Shown here: piece after piece, positions 46,847-56,279 of the stretch | Layout: each line of letters begins with the position of its first letter | Position numbering within the stretch: the first letter of the stretch is position 1 | Origin: Verrucomicrobiota bacterium | Lineage (GTDB): Bacteria > Verrucomicrobiota > Verrucomicrobiia > Verrucomicrobiales > Akkermansiaceae | Reading direction: 5' to 3' | NCBI GenBank assembly: GCA_040388015.1 | Contig: JAZKCQ010000025.1 | Coordinates: forward strand, 8,170 to 72,169 | Length of the DNA: 64,000 nt | Made by a program: the position numbers and the translations under genes | Notes under the pieces: generated by a model | Databases searched by the model: none | Seen by the model: only the letters and a program-made list of their open reading frames with translations | What the model was told of the DNA's origin: nothing

Positions 46847-49213
46847 TCATTTCGCCCGTTGGCGGAGTTGTTCGAGACGCGAGAGGGGCTTTTCGGGTTC
46901 TGACCTGGCTTGGGCTTCAGCGGGTGTTGCCGGAGGAGCTTCGGCCGTGGCGACGGGAGCGGGTGCCGGGGCGTCGATCCGCAGGGTGCTGTTCATGGCG
47001 GTCTGATGGAGGATGGTGGTGCCGTTTTCCGGAATCAGGACGCGGCAGAAGACTCCGGTGTGTTTTCCCACCGTGGAATCGGCGGCGACGGCGATGGGAA
47101 AGGTGAGCGTGGTCTGGTCCTTGGTGAATGTCTGGGGCGGGCAGCTCGCGCCGTGCGGCAGTCCTAGCAGTTCGACCGTGGCAGGTCCTTCGAACGGATG
47201 AGGGACTTCGATTTTCGCGAGCATGGAAGTTGTCTTGCCCTGCTCGGTGGCGGCGAGGTCGAGGCTCATGGAAATGTAGGGATCCGCGACTTTGAGCGGC
47301 GTGAGTGCGGACGAAACGAGGATCGGGCCTTGGGGCGTGTTCGCTTCGGCGAGGACGCAAACCTGCCACTCTGCGATCGCAGCGTCGTTGTTGGCGTTCA
47401 GCTCGTAGGCGATTTCGGATTGATCGCCGGGAATGTCGACGGTGACGGGCCCACTGACTCCGGGAGGATTCCAAAGAAAACGGACGCTGATCTTCTCGGC
47501 ATACCCGGTGCTGCGTGTCACACGGACCTTGAGGCCGAGCGTGCCGTTTTTCACGAGCGGCACCGTCGGTGCGTCGAGGTCGATCTTGAAGGGGGCTTCG
47601 TTGATGACCGCCGTTGCGATGCGGTCGACGGATGTCGAGTGGTAGGGGCCTTCGTTATTGACGTCCACATGATGGATGGTGTCGGTCAGCAGTCCGGTGA
47701 GGGCCGGGCTGTCGCCGGTCGAGCGGAGGGAAAACGGATGGAGTCCGCCTGCGACCGGGGCATCCGATGCGGCTTCGAAGACGACGGGAAAAGTGGTGAC
47801 CGACTTGGGGATGGCCGGCGCGTGCATGGTCACTCCGGCGGGAAGCGGGCCTGCCTCGAATACCGAGTCACAGGCGACATTTTCCCGGGTGACATTGACG
47901 ACCGCCGCATAACGGTTGCCGCGCGGGATGGGGAAGGTCTTCCATTTTTGGCTGTTCACCCGCTCGACAGTGGGGAGGTTGGCGGCAATGGATGGGGATT
48001 TTTCCGTGACTTCGATGCGGTAGGTGAAATCGGCTCCGGTACGGTCGAGCTGGTCGCGGATCTGAATGCGGTAATCGCCATCGGCGGGGCAGGTCCAGTT
48101 GATGCTGCTGTCCGGCGCTCCCTGGTCGTCGTTGTAGGCGAGTTGTTTGCCGTCGGTCTGATGGATGGACAGCACGGAATCCAGCGGCGAGCGATGGCTG
48201 CGGGCCAGGATGCGGAAGACGAGGTTCTGGTCCTTCTTCGCCGTGAACCTGAACCAGTCCGATCGGGAATCGCCATCAAGAACGCCATGAATCGCACAGG
48301 GGATGACGGAGGTCGGAGTTGCCGAGCCGATTTCGTGATTCGCAGCACTCTCGTTCACCCATTCCATCGGCGAAACGGTGATCCAGTGCGGCGACGGAGC
48401 GGACAGTCCGTCGCCGGTCGGGAATACCGGGAATCGGCTGTTAGCGGTGGTTGGAAGCGTGACCGGCTGCTTGATCGGTCCCGCCGGATCGCCGATGAAC
48501 GTGAACTTGATCGTTTCTCCCGGTTTTCCTCCGGTCGGAAAAACCGCGGTGGGGCGGGGGAATGTGCCGATGTGAAGCCGGTATTGGCAATCGTCGGTGC
48601 CCTCGTAAGCCGCTTCGTGGACGACGATCCGGTAGTCGCCATCTTCCGGTGCGATGATGGAGGCGAAGGAGTCATTGCGCAGCAGCGGAGTGTCGTCGCA
48701 GGAGGCGAGTTCGAATTTCTTCGGATCGAGGATCGCGACGTAGGCGTCGAAGAACACGCGGCCGAGGCGCATCGCTTCGACCTCCACGGACAGGCGCTGG
48801 CCTTTTTTCAAACTGCACACGTAGTAGTCGTCATCCTCGTTGGCGGCGACTCCCTGGATGGTGGTGTTGAGTTCGATGCGCTGCGCCGTGTCGAATGTCG
48901 CGTTCGGTTCGGCTTCCTTCACCGTGGGAAATTGGCCGACCCAGAACGAGCGCAGTTCGGAAAGACCGCTGGTGGTTCTGACGCGCAGCGAGTGTTCTCC
49001 CAGAACCGCGTCGGGAGCGATGTGAAGCTTCGCCGTCGCTTGGCGGCCATCGTTGTTCCCGATGTCGGAAATGGTGAGGCCGGGCTCGTAAAAAAGGATT
49101 TCCTTCACCTCCTCCAAGCGCGCTCCGAGGAACCGGACATCGACGTCCGTGCCGCGCTGCCCCCCGCGGGGCTCGACGAGATGGAGTTCCGGAGAAAACG
49201 CGGCGAGACGCAT
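46847..49213 (-). CDS. PPC (pre-peptidase C-terminal)/Ig-like multi-domain exported protein; start uncertain
   Basis: PRGGQRGT, EAEPN, DDDYY, GQRLSVEVEA.RLG and SPLDSVL..NDD repeats; no protease catalytic domain seen. Confidence 0.82.
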   Translation of the reverse strand: MRLAAFSPELHLVEPRGGQRGTDVDVRFLGARLEEVKEILFYEPGLTISDIGNNDGRQATAKLHIAPDAVLGEHSLRVRTTSGLSELRSFWVGQFPTVKEAEPNATFDTAQRIELNTTIQGVAANEDDDYYVCSLKKGQRLSVEVEAMRLGRVFFDAYVAILDPKKFELASCDDTPLLRNDSFASIIAPEDGDYRIVVHEAAYEGTDDCQYRLHIGTFPRPTAVFPTGGKPGETIKFTFIGDPAGPIKQPVTLPTTANSRFPVFPTGDGLSAPSPHWITVSPMEWVNESAANHEIGSATPTSVIPCAIHGVLDGDSRSDWFRFTAKKDQNLVFRILARSHRSPLDSVLSIHQTDGKQLAYNDDQGAPDSSINWTCPADGDYRIQIRDQLDRTGADFTYRIEVTEKSPSIAANLPTVERVNSQKWKTFPIPRGNRYAAVVNVTRENVACDSVFEAGPLPAGVTMHAPAIPKSVTTFPVVFEAASDAPVAGGLHPFSLRSTGDSPALTGLLTDTIHHVDVNNEGPYHSTSVDRIATAVINEAPFKIDLDAPTVPLVKNGTLGLKVRVTRSTGYAEKISVRFLWNPPGVSGPVTVDIPGDQSEIAYELNANNDAAIAEWQVCVLAEANTPQGPILVSSALTPLKVADPYISMSLDLAATEQGKTTSMLAKIEVPHPFEGPATVELLGLPHGASCPPQTFTKDQTTLTFPIAVAADSTVGKHTGVFCRVLIPENGTTILHQTAMNSTLRIDAPAPAPVATAEAPPATPAEAQARSEPEKPLSRLEQLRQRAK

Positions 49214-49272
49214 CACCGATGCCAGCAAGATGAAGAGCGCGGGTTTCAAAGCGGATGGGAATTCGGATTTTT

Positions 49273-49375
49273 GAACCACGGATGGACGCGGATTGAAGAA
49301 GGGGCCACGGGGTTTTAAATCCATCTGTTTTCAACGAACCTCTTATCCGTGTCTATCAGTGTTCATCGGTGGTTC
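49273..49375. repeat. Intergenic imperfect inverted repeat built from 10-bp submotifs
   Basis: GAACCACGGATGGACGCGGAT ... ATCCGTGTCTATCAGTGTTCATCGGTGGTTC. Confidence 0.6.
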
Positions 49376-49390
49376 TCTCTCGAAGGGTGA

Positions 49391-50722
49391 TCAAGCCCGT
49401 TTCGCTAACAACGCATCGAGCACCTGACCGCCGTCCACGATCTCGATCGGCCGGTTCCCGGGTGACATCAGCTCGGCTTCCGAGTTGATCCCGATCTGGT
49501 GATAGATGGTGGTGGCGAGATCCGCGACGCCGACGCCATCGGTGTCGACCTCTCCGCCGAGCGAGTCGGAGGAGCCGTGGACGTAGCCTTGTTTCATGCC
49601 GCCGCCGGCGAGCATGGTGGAGAAAACGCGCGGCCAGTGGTCGCGGCCGGCGGTGGCGTTGATCTTGGGAGTGCGGCCGAACTCGGTGGTGACCATGACC
49701 AGCGTCGAGTCCAACATGCCTCTCCGGTCCAGATCGCGGATGAGTGTGGCGATGGCCTTGTCGGTCTGCGGCAACTCCTTCTGGATGTTGCCCTTGATGT
49801 TGTCGTGGTGGTCCCAGCCGCCGGCGGTCAGGGAGACGAAGCGCACGCCGCCTTCGATCAGGCGGCGGGCCAGCAGCATCCGCTGCCCGGCGGCGGTGCG
49901 GCCGTACTCGTCCTTGAGCGCGTCCGGCTCGGACTTGAGATCGAACGCCTCGCGGGCTTTCTGCGAGGAAATGAGCTTGTAGGCGTGTTGATAGAACGCG
50001 TCCATCGAGTCGATCGCATCGGACTCCTCCAGCGCGCGGAAGTGGTGGTCCACGGTTTCCAACAACGACCGCCGGCGGGCGAAGCGGGCGTCGTCCACGC
50101 CTTTGGGCAGATTCAGATCGCGCACCTGGAAATTTCCCTGCGCCGGATCCGAGCCGAGGGCGAAGGGGCCGAATGCGGAGGAAAGGTAGCCCGAGTTCGC
50201 ATACTCATTCGGCACGGACGGCACGCAGACATACGGCGGCAGATCGTTCCGCGATCCCAGTTCGTGGGAAATCACCGAGCCGATGGACGGATATTCGAGC
50301 GCCGGAGACGGCCGGTAGCCGGTGAACATGTTATGAGTGCCGCGTTCGTGGGCGGCCTCGCCGTGGGACATCGAGCGGATCAGCGTGATCTTGTCCGCGA
50401 TCTGCGCCGTCTCCTTCATGAACTCGCCGAACTGGATGCCCGGGATCTTCGTGTCGATGGCTCCGAACGGCCCGCGGTATTCGGCGGGGGCGAAGGGCTT
50501 GGGATCGAAGGATTCCTGATGGGCCAGTCCGCCGGGGAGGAAAATGTGGATGATGCCCTGCGCGACCGCGTCATGTTTGGCGAAGGTCTTGGTGTCGCCG
50601 AACGCCTGGTTGCGCAGGAACTGCGGAAGCGTGAGCCCGAGACCTCCCAGCAGGCCGACATAGAAAAACTCGCGGCGCGACGAGTAGCGTTCAAGCGGGT
50701 TGCCGGGGCACTTGTGGTTCAT
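49391..50722 (-). CDS. DUF1501 domain protein (Tat signal)
   Basis: SRREFF twin-arginine, GG.AHQESFDPKP, ARRLIEGGVRFV, GWDHH and EFGRTP..N...GRDHW motifs. Confidence 0.92.
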   Translation of the reverse strand: MNHKCPGNPLERYSSRREFFYVGLLGGLGLTLPQFLRNQAFGDTKTFAKHDAVAQGIIHIFLPGGLAHQESFDPKPFAPAEYRGPFGAIDTKIPGIQFGEFMKETAQIADKITLIRSMSHGEAAHERGTHNMFTGYRPSPALEYPSIGSVISHELGSRNDLPPYVCVPSVPNEYANSGYLSSAFGPFALGSDPAQGNFQVRDLNLPKGVDDARFARRRSLLETVDHHFRALEESDAIDSMDAFYQHAYKLISSQKAREAFDLKSEPDALKDEYGRTAAGQRMLLARRLIEGGVRFVSLTAGGWDHHDNIKGNIQKELPQTDKAIATLIRDLDRRGMLDSTLVMVTTEFGRTPKINATAGRDHWPRVFSTMLAGGGMKQGYVHGSSDSLGGEVDTDGVGVADLATTIYHQIGINSEAELMSPGNRPIEIVDGGQVLDALLAKRA

Positions 50723-50848
50723 GAGCGGTTTCGGGCCGAAGGTGGGATCGACTCAAACGGACCATACGCCGGGCGAAAATGGATCATTTCAAAAATGAAA
50801 TCCGTTCACCTTCGGAGTTGGCGTCGAAGGATTTGTGATTTAAGACCC

Positions 50849-53386
50849 ATGGCGATGGATATGCCGCGAGTGGATGGATTGGAATTGATTAAGCTCATCG
50901 GCTACGGCGGCTGCGGACGGGTTTATCTGGCCAAGGATCAGGCCGGGATGAACCGCGTGATGAAGGAGTTCGATGCGGTGTCGATCAGCCGGCCGCTTTT
51001 GAAAAAAATGACCGGGCGGTTGGACTCCGGTGGCTGGCCGGGCGGGGTGATGAAGGTGATTTCCGCCGACTTCGAGGCGGAGCGGCCGTTCTGGATCATG
51101 CCGCTGCTGGCGGATGCCGAGGACGGGAAAGAGCCGGTTCCCCGCAGCCTGCAAATGGCACTCGGCGAGCACCCGGGGACCTACTCGTGGAAATTGGTGA
51201 GATCGCTCGCCAAGGCGCTCTCGCGGATGCACGAACGCCGGGTGAGCCACGGCAACCTGAAGCCGGGCAACGTGTTTCTTTCGGACAACGGCGAAGCCCT
51301 GCTGAGCGATTGGGCGATGGGAAACATGCCGGGTGTGAAGCAGTTCCATTTCACCGATGCGGTCCTCTATCAGCCACCCGAGCAGCTCCGCCATCCGGCC
51401 GGTTATCTGGAGGAGGCGGGTTACCGCTGGGATGTCCACGCGTTCGGTGTTCTGGCCTATCGGATACTGACGGGCAGGTTTCCGAGATGCCACGACACCT
51501 TCCACTTCGTCGCACCACCCGCCGGGGAGACGCGGAGGGAGGGCATCCAGGCGGACCTGTCCAAAATCGCGCGGAACCTTGAGGCGGACGCCGAGGTCAC
51601 CTGGCCCGACGGCGCGCAGAATCCGCTGGAGGCCGGCTTCCGTGATTGGATCGACCGCTGCCTGGCGCTGGATCCGCTCAAGCGTCCCACCAGCATGATG
51701 GAGGTGGTGGCGGGCTTCGAGGCGCTGGAGGCCAGGTCCGCGAGGGATGCCGAGCGCGAGGGGCTGATGGACCAGCGGCGCAGGGCGGAAAGGCGTGCCT
51801 GGCGTGCCTTGTTTTTCGCCGGAGCCGCGGCGGCGACGGCGGTGGTGCTCGGCGGCCTGTGGCATCTGACCAATTCCCAGCTGCTCAAGGAGCGCATCGA
51901 CCGCACCAATGATGCGGACCTGCTCAAAGCCGCCGGAGACGCCGCCGTGACGGCGAAGACGGACGCGGAGACCAAGATGGGCGAAGCGCAGCAATCGCTG
52001 GCTTACGAGCGCGACCTTTCCCTGGCGCGGCTTGAAGCGTCCCGCCTGATCGGCGACCGCTTGTTCTCCTGGGCGATGGAAAAGGGCAACCGCCGCCTGC
52101 CTCCGCTCGACGGCCGCGAGCTGCGGTTGAAACGGCTGGAGCGCTATTTCACCGACTTTCTCACCCGGACCGCGGACATCGCGGAATTGGCCGACGAGCG
52201 CGCCCGCATCCGTCTGCAGCTCTCGGAAATCTCCCTCGCCGCCGGGGATGCGCCCGCCGCGAGCAAGCGGCTGGGCGAAGCGCTGGAAGCGTGGTCCGCC
52301 TTGCCGATGGACGCGGAGCTCAAATTCCGCCTCGCGACGAACTCGCTGCTGCTCGCGCTGCTCCGCCAGTCCAACGCCGATCCGGAGGCCGCGTCCTCCT
52401 TCGTCGCCGCGCGCAAGGCGCTGTCGGAAATCCCGCAGACCGAGGTGGATGCGGACCGGCTGAACCAGCTGCTCGCCATCCTCGACTTCCATGAGGCGAA
52501 ATTGTTAGCCGCAAAGGGGGAGGACGCCAAGGCGCTCCAGCAGCTGCTCCACGCCACCGAGACGCTCAACCGCATCGCCGACCAGCGTCCGGATGCCGCC
52601 ATCCTGAGGTCCGAGCTGGCCGCCTGTTATCTGTCATCCGCGACCATTCTCGAAGGCATGGGGAAACTGGGCGACGCCCGCGAGGTGCGTTCGCTCGCAT
52701 CGGTGGAGCTGGTGAAGCTGCTGAAGGACAAGCCCGAGGACTTCGCCCTGCGGCTGGATCTCGCCGGGTGCTACAGCGCCATGGCCGAGTCCGCGGTGCT
52801 TTCCGGAGACATCGTCGGCGCGGAGTCGATTTCCAAGGAGGCGATGCGTCTGCTGGACCAGCTGGTGGTCGAGCAGCCGGACAACGCGGAGGCGGTTTCG
52901 AGGAAGGCCTCGCAGCTCGGACTGCGGGCCGGGATCCTGCGCGACAAGGGCTTCGCCGCGGAGGCGATGAAGGATTACGAGGAGGGCATCCGCATGCTGG
53001 AGGCCATCCACGCATCGTCTTCGGCCAATGCGATCGTCTCCTACCGGCTGGCCCTGCTGTGGTGGCAGAAGGGGCGGATGCTCGGCATGGGCGGCAACCG
53101 GGATGAGGAAATCTCGCTCATCGGGCGCGCCCGCGATCTGCTTGGCAAGCTGGAGGCGGACCCCTCGTCCACCGGCCCCCGGCCCGAGCAGCTTCAGAGT
53201 TCCGGCGCCTATCTGCTGGGCGATCTCGGACACGCGCTGCAACTCGCGAACCGCAAGGCCGAAGCGGCGCAAGCCTTCACGGATGCGGTGAATCTGTGGG
53301 AAAGCCTGCTGGAGTCCCGCCCGCAGAGCGAGGAATACAGCGAAGGCCTCGGCTGGTGCCGCCAGCGGCTGGAAGATCTCAAGTAG
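50849..53386 (+). CDS. Ser/Thr kinase-like (probable pseudokinase) membrane protein with C-terminal TPR-like domain
   Basis: IGYGGCGRVY, VMK, HGNLKPGN, SDWAM, YQPPEQ and DVHAFG motifs; TM segment; helical repeats. Confidence 0.85.
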   Translation: MAMDMPRVDGLELIKLIGYGGCGRVYLAKDQAGMNRVMKEFDAVSISRPLLKKMTGRLDSGGWPGGVMKVISADFEAERPFWIMPLLADAEDGKEPVPRSLQMALGEHPGTYSWKLVRSLAKALSRMHERRVSHGNLKPGNVFLSDNGEALLSDWAMGNMPGVKQFHFTDAVLYQPPEQLRHPAGYLEEAGYRWDVHAFGVLAYRILTGRFPRCHDTFHFVAPPAGETRREGIQADLSKIARNLEADAEVTWPDGAQNPLEAGFRDWIDRCLALDPLKRPTSMMEVVAGFEALEARSARDAEREGLMDQRRRAERRAWRALFFAGAAAATAVVLGGLWHLTNSQLLKERIDRTNDADLLKAAGDAAVTAKTDAETKMGEAQQSLAYERDLSLARLEASRLIGDRLFSWAMEKGNRRLPPLDGRELRLKRLERYFTDFLTRTADIAELADERARIRLQLSEISLAAGDAPAASKRLGEALEAWSALPMDAELKFRLATNSLLLALLRQSNADPEAASSFVAARKALSEIPQTEVDADRLNQLLAILDFHEAKLLAAKGEDAKALQQLLHATETLNRIADQRPDAAILRSELAACYLSSATILEGMGKLGDAREVRSLASVELVKLLKDKPEDFALRLDLAGCYSAMAESAVLSGDIVGAESISKEAMRLLDQLVVEQPDNAEAVSRKASQLGLRAGILRDKGFAAEAMKDYEEGIRMLEAIHASSSANAIVSYRLALLWWQKGRMLGMGGNRDEEISLIGRARDLLGKLEADPSSTGPRPEQLQSSGAYLLGDLGHALQLANRKAEAAQAFTDAVNLWESLLESRPQSEEYSEGLGWCRQRLEDLK

Positions 53387-53389
53387 ACC

Positions 53390-54205
53390 TCAGATTTCCG
53401 CGGCCGGGTGCGGCGGAGTCTTGGTGCGGAGCTTGAGATTCAGCAGCTCCACCGCCAGCGAGAACGCCATGGAGAAGTAGATGTAGCCCTTCGGAATGTG
53501 GAAGTGCAGGCCCTCCGCCATCAGCGCGGTGCCGATGAGGATCAGGAAGGAAAGCGCCAGCATCTTCACCGACGGATGGCGTGAGACGAAATTGCTGATC
53601 GCCCCCGAGGCCAGCATCATCACGCCGATGGAAATCACCACCGCGACCATCATCAGCGAGACGCGCGACGGGTCGTTCACCATGCCCACGGCCGTGATCA
53701 CCGAGTCCAGCGAGAAGATGATGTCGATCATCGCGATCTGGATCAGCACCGCGCCGAAGCTGGCCTTCGCCTTGCTCGTGCCGTGGGATTCCTCGTCGCC
53801 CTCCAGCTTGTGGTGGATCTCCTTGGTGGATTTCCAGATCAGGAAAAATCCGCCGCCGAGCAGGATCAGGTCCTTCATCGAGATGCCGAGCATGCCGCCG
53901 TGCGCTTCCGCCGTCGGCATCATGTCCCACAGCGCGGGGTGCACCGGGATCTCGAAGAGCGCGTTCTTCAGACTCATGATCCAGGAAATGGAAAGCAGCA
54001 GCACCATCCGCGCGCCCATCGCCAGGCTCAGGCCGATCAGGCGTCCCTTCGCCCGCTGTTCCTCCGGCAGGCGGTCCACCAGGATGGAAATGAAGACGAT
54101 GTTGTCGATGCCGAGCACGATCTCCAGCAGCGTCAGGGTCAGCAGAGCGCCCCAGGCCTGGGGATCGTTCAGCCAGTGAAATTCGAGTAAGGAAGCGAGG
54201 ATCAT
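53390..54205 (-). CDS. TerC family membrane protein
   Basis: LEIVLGIDN, DIIFSLDSVITAVG and PKGYIYF motifs. Confidence 0.93.
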   Translation of the reverse strand: MILASLLEFHWLNDPQAWGALLTLTLLEIVLGIDNIVFISILVDRLPEEQRAKGRLIGLSLAMGARMVLLLSISWIMSLKNALFEIPVHPALWDMMPTAEAHGGMLGISMKDLILLGGGFFLIWKSTKEIHHKLEGDEESHGTSKAKASFGAVLIQIAMIDIIFSLDSVITAVGMVNDPSRVSLMMVAVVISIGVMMLASGAISNFVSRHPSVKMLALSFLILIGTALMAEGLHFHIPKGYIYFSMAFSLAVELLNLKLRTKTPPHPAAEI

Positions 54206-54621
54206 GGTTTCGAGGCGAATTCGAGTGCGCGTTGTTTCATCTGGCCGGCCATCAAGTTCAAGGCATTTGCACGGGTCGGCGCGAGATGCTCCTTCAGCCC
54301 GGTGCGGTCGATGAAGCTCATGTCCGCCTGGAGGATGTCGTCCGGCGTCTCGTCATCCAGCACATGGACGAAGAGGGCGATCATCCCTTTCGTGATCAGC
54401 GAATCCGAATCCGCGAAGTAGCGGACCTTTCCGTCCTCCGCCTTGGCATCCAGCCAGACCTGCGACTGGCAGCCCTTGATCAGGTGCTCCGCGTTTTTCG
54501 ACGCGTCGTCCATCGGAGCCAGTTTCTTCCCGAGGCTGATGACGTATTCATACCGCTCCGTCCAATCCTGGAAAAACCCAAGTTCCTCGATCAGGAGATC
54601 CTGTTTCGCTGCAATGCTCAT
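54202..54621 (-). CDS. sufE: SufE family Fe-S assembly sulfur acceptor
   Basis: W.ERY..I.LG, IKGCQSQVW, ADSD..ITKG and HL.PTRAN motifs. Confidence 0.92.
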   Translation of the reverse strand: MSIAAKQDLLIEELGFFQDWTERYEYVISLGKKLAPMDDASKNAEHLIKGCQSQVWLDAKAEDGKVRYFADSDSLITKGMIALFVHVLDDETPDDILQADMSFIDRTGLKEHLAPTRANALNLMAGQMKQRALEFASKP

Positions 54622-54667
54622 GTCCTGCGGCAGTGGAGCGCCTGAACCTCCCCGCCGCAAGCCCCGA

Positions 54668-55597
54668 TCAAGTCGCGGGGGCGACTCTTTGGAGCAGCAG
54701 CGCGGAGACGAAGGCGAGGGGAGGCACCAGGAAACAGGCCAGCGCGAAAAACTGCGGGGCTGCACCCGGATTTTGAAACGCCATCACCGCCAGCGGCAGC
54801 AGCACCATCCACTCCACCAGCGGGATGCCCGCCAGCAGCCGGGAAACCAGCTTCGGCACCGGATTCCCCCAGAACCGCAGGCAGCAGTCCGTCCACGCCA
54901 GATACGGCAGCGTGCAGACCACGCCCCAGAACTGGCTCACATACATTTCCTTGTTCGAGTAAGCCGCGAGCACCGCCGCCCCGAGCAGCAGGCCTCTCCC
55001 GGTCCACCCCACCCACTTCGGAGGCTCGGCCATCGCCTCGTACCTCGCGCTCAGCGACAGCCCGGCGATGTAGAAAAGCAGCGCCAGCGCGATCGGCCAC
55101 ACATCATTCACATAGGGATAGAACGCCACAAATCCCATCACCGGCAGCAACGCCCGGCACAGCCCCATCGGGATCACCGCCCATGGCGTCCGCTTGTGCC
55201 ACACCGTGTAGATCACGATGAAAAAAACAATCCCACCCGCCACCATCCCGCTCCTCGCATGCCCGGCCCATGCCAGCCCGGTCCCGGCCCCCGTCAGACA
55301 GACGGCCAGTCCCAGATACAACGCCGGAGGAAACAAACCTCGTGGCAACGCCCGCTCCGGCCGATGGCTCGCATCCCACGCGCGGTCCATCCAGTCATTG
55401 AAAAAATTCCCGCCGATGTAGAGCAGCACCCCGGCCAATGCCAGCCAGCCCGCGCCGGCCCACGGGAAATCGCTCTCCCCGGTGAGATCGTGGATGACCC
55501 CCAGCACCACTCCCACCCACACATTGCTCACCACACTGGGAATATTCGCCACCCGGGCGGTGGACAGCAGCGCGTGGAGTGTTCCGTTTCGATTCAT
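54668..55597 (-). CDS. UbiA family prenyltransferase (EboC-like)
   Basis: ARVANIPSV.SN, NDWMD...D..RPER.LP.G and MGLCR motifs; multiple TM helices. Confidence 0.85.
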   Translation of the reverse strand: MNRNGTLHALLSTARVANIPSVVSNVWVGVVLGVIHDLTGESDFPWAGAGWLALAGVLLYIGGNFFNDWMDRAWDASHRPERALPRGLFPPALYLGLAVCLTGAGTGLAWAGHARSGMVAGGIVFFIVIYTVWHKRTPWAVIPMGLCRALLPVMGFVAFYPYVNDVWPIALALLFYIAGLSLSARYEAMAEPPKWVGWTGRGLLLGAAVLAAYSNKEMYVSQFWGVVCTLPYLAWTDCCLRFWGNPVPKLVSRLLAGIPLVEWMVLLPLAVMAFQNPGAAPQFFALACFLVPPLAFVSALLLQRVAPAT

Positions 55598-55643
55598 CGG
55601 CCCGCGCAGCATGGGGCGATTCCCGCGCACGGCCAAAGAAAAA

Positions 55644-55929
55644 CCACGCCGATTCACCCCCGAACCCACACCGGTTCACCCTCGAACCCACGCCGATTCG
55701 CCCCCGAACCCACACCGGTTCACCCCCGAACCCACGCCGATTCACCCTCGAACCCACACCGATTTACCCCCGAACCCACACCGATTCACCCCCGAACCCA
55801 CACCGATTCACCCCCGAATCCACGCCGATTCACCCCCGAACCCACACCGGTTCACCCCCGAACCCACGCCGATTCACCCCCGAACCCGCACCGATTCACC
55901 CTCGAATCCGCGCCAGTTCATTCTCGAAC
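55644..55929. repeat. Tandem repeat, 13 x 22 bp (consensus CCACRCCGRTTCACCCYCGAAC)
   Basis: Units start at 55644, 55666 ... 55908 with no spacers and degrade toward the right end. Confidence 0.93.
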
Positions 55930-55992
55930 TCCTGCCGATTTGTCATCAATTTTCCCCGGTAGCCAACCCATCTTTCCCACCCCACTCGCGAA

Positions 55993-56220
55993 ATGACACC
56001 CTGTCCGAAATGCCAAGGCTCGATGATTCAAGGATTCGTCCCTGATTTCAGTCACGCGCACAACTTCGTGGGGAGTTGGTATGAAGGGCCGCCTGAAAAA
56101 TCGTTTTGGGGCGGGACGAAAGCCCAGATCAATCAAGGAATCCCCATCGGTGCCTTCCGCTGCACGAACTGCGGGTTTCTCGAATTCTACGCGAAGTCCG
56201 AATTCGCGGCGCGGGGCTGA
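55993..56220 (+). CDS. Small zinc-ribbon protein (DUF6487/PF20097-like)
   Basis: CPKC...M..G and AFRC..CG.LE.YA motifs. Confidence 0.8.
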   Translation: MTPCPKCQGSMIQGFVPDFSHAHNFVGSWYEGPPEKSFWGGTKAQINQGIPIGAFRCTNCGFLEFYAKSEFAARG

Positions 56221-56279
56221 AAAATCCCATCTGATTTCTATTCGACGCGTTCCAGCAGGTGGGGTATATCCATCAGCCT

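Noticed and set aside
47198-49318. Long antisense ORFs (also 7149-8792, 25142-26734, 31084-32778, 50840-52492, 59825-61363)
   Set aside because: These are shadow frames of well-supported genes in high-GC DNA and have no recognisable motifs.
49499-50848. 1295-aa ORF as a giant kinase fusion
   Set aside because: The first 450 codons are the antisense shadow of the DUF1501 gene; kinase motifs start after ATG 50849.
55644-55929. CRISPR array, or a coding Pro/His/Thr-rich repeat protein
   Set aside because: The units are contiguous with no unique spacers and there are no cas genes. The 22-bp period is not a multiple of 3, and ORFs cross it in several frames only because it lacks stop codons.
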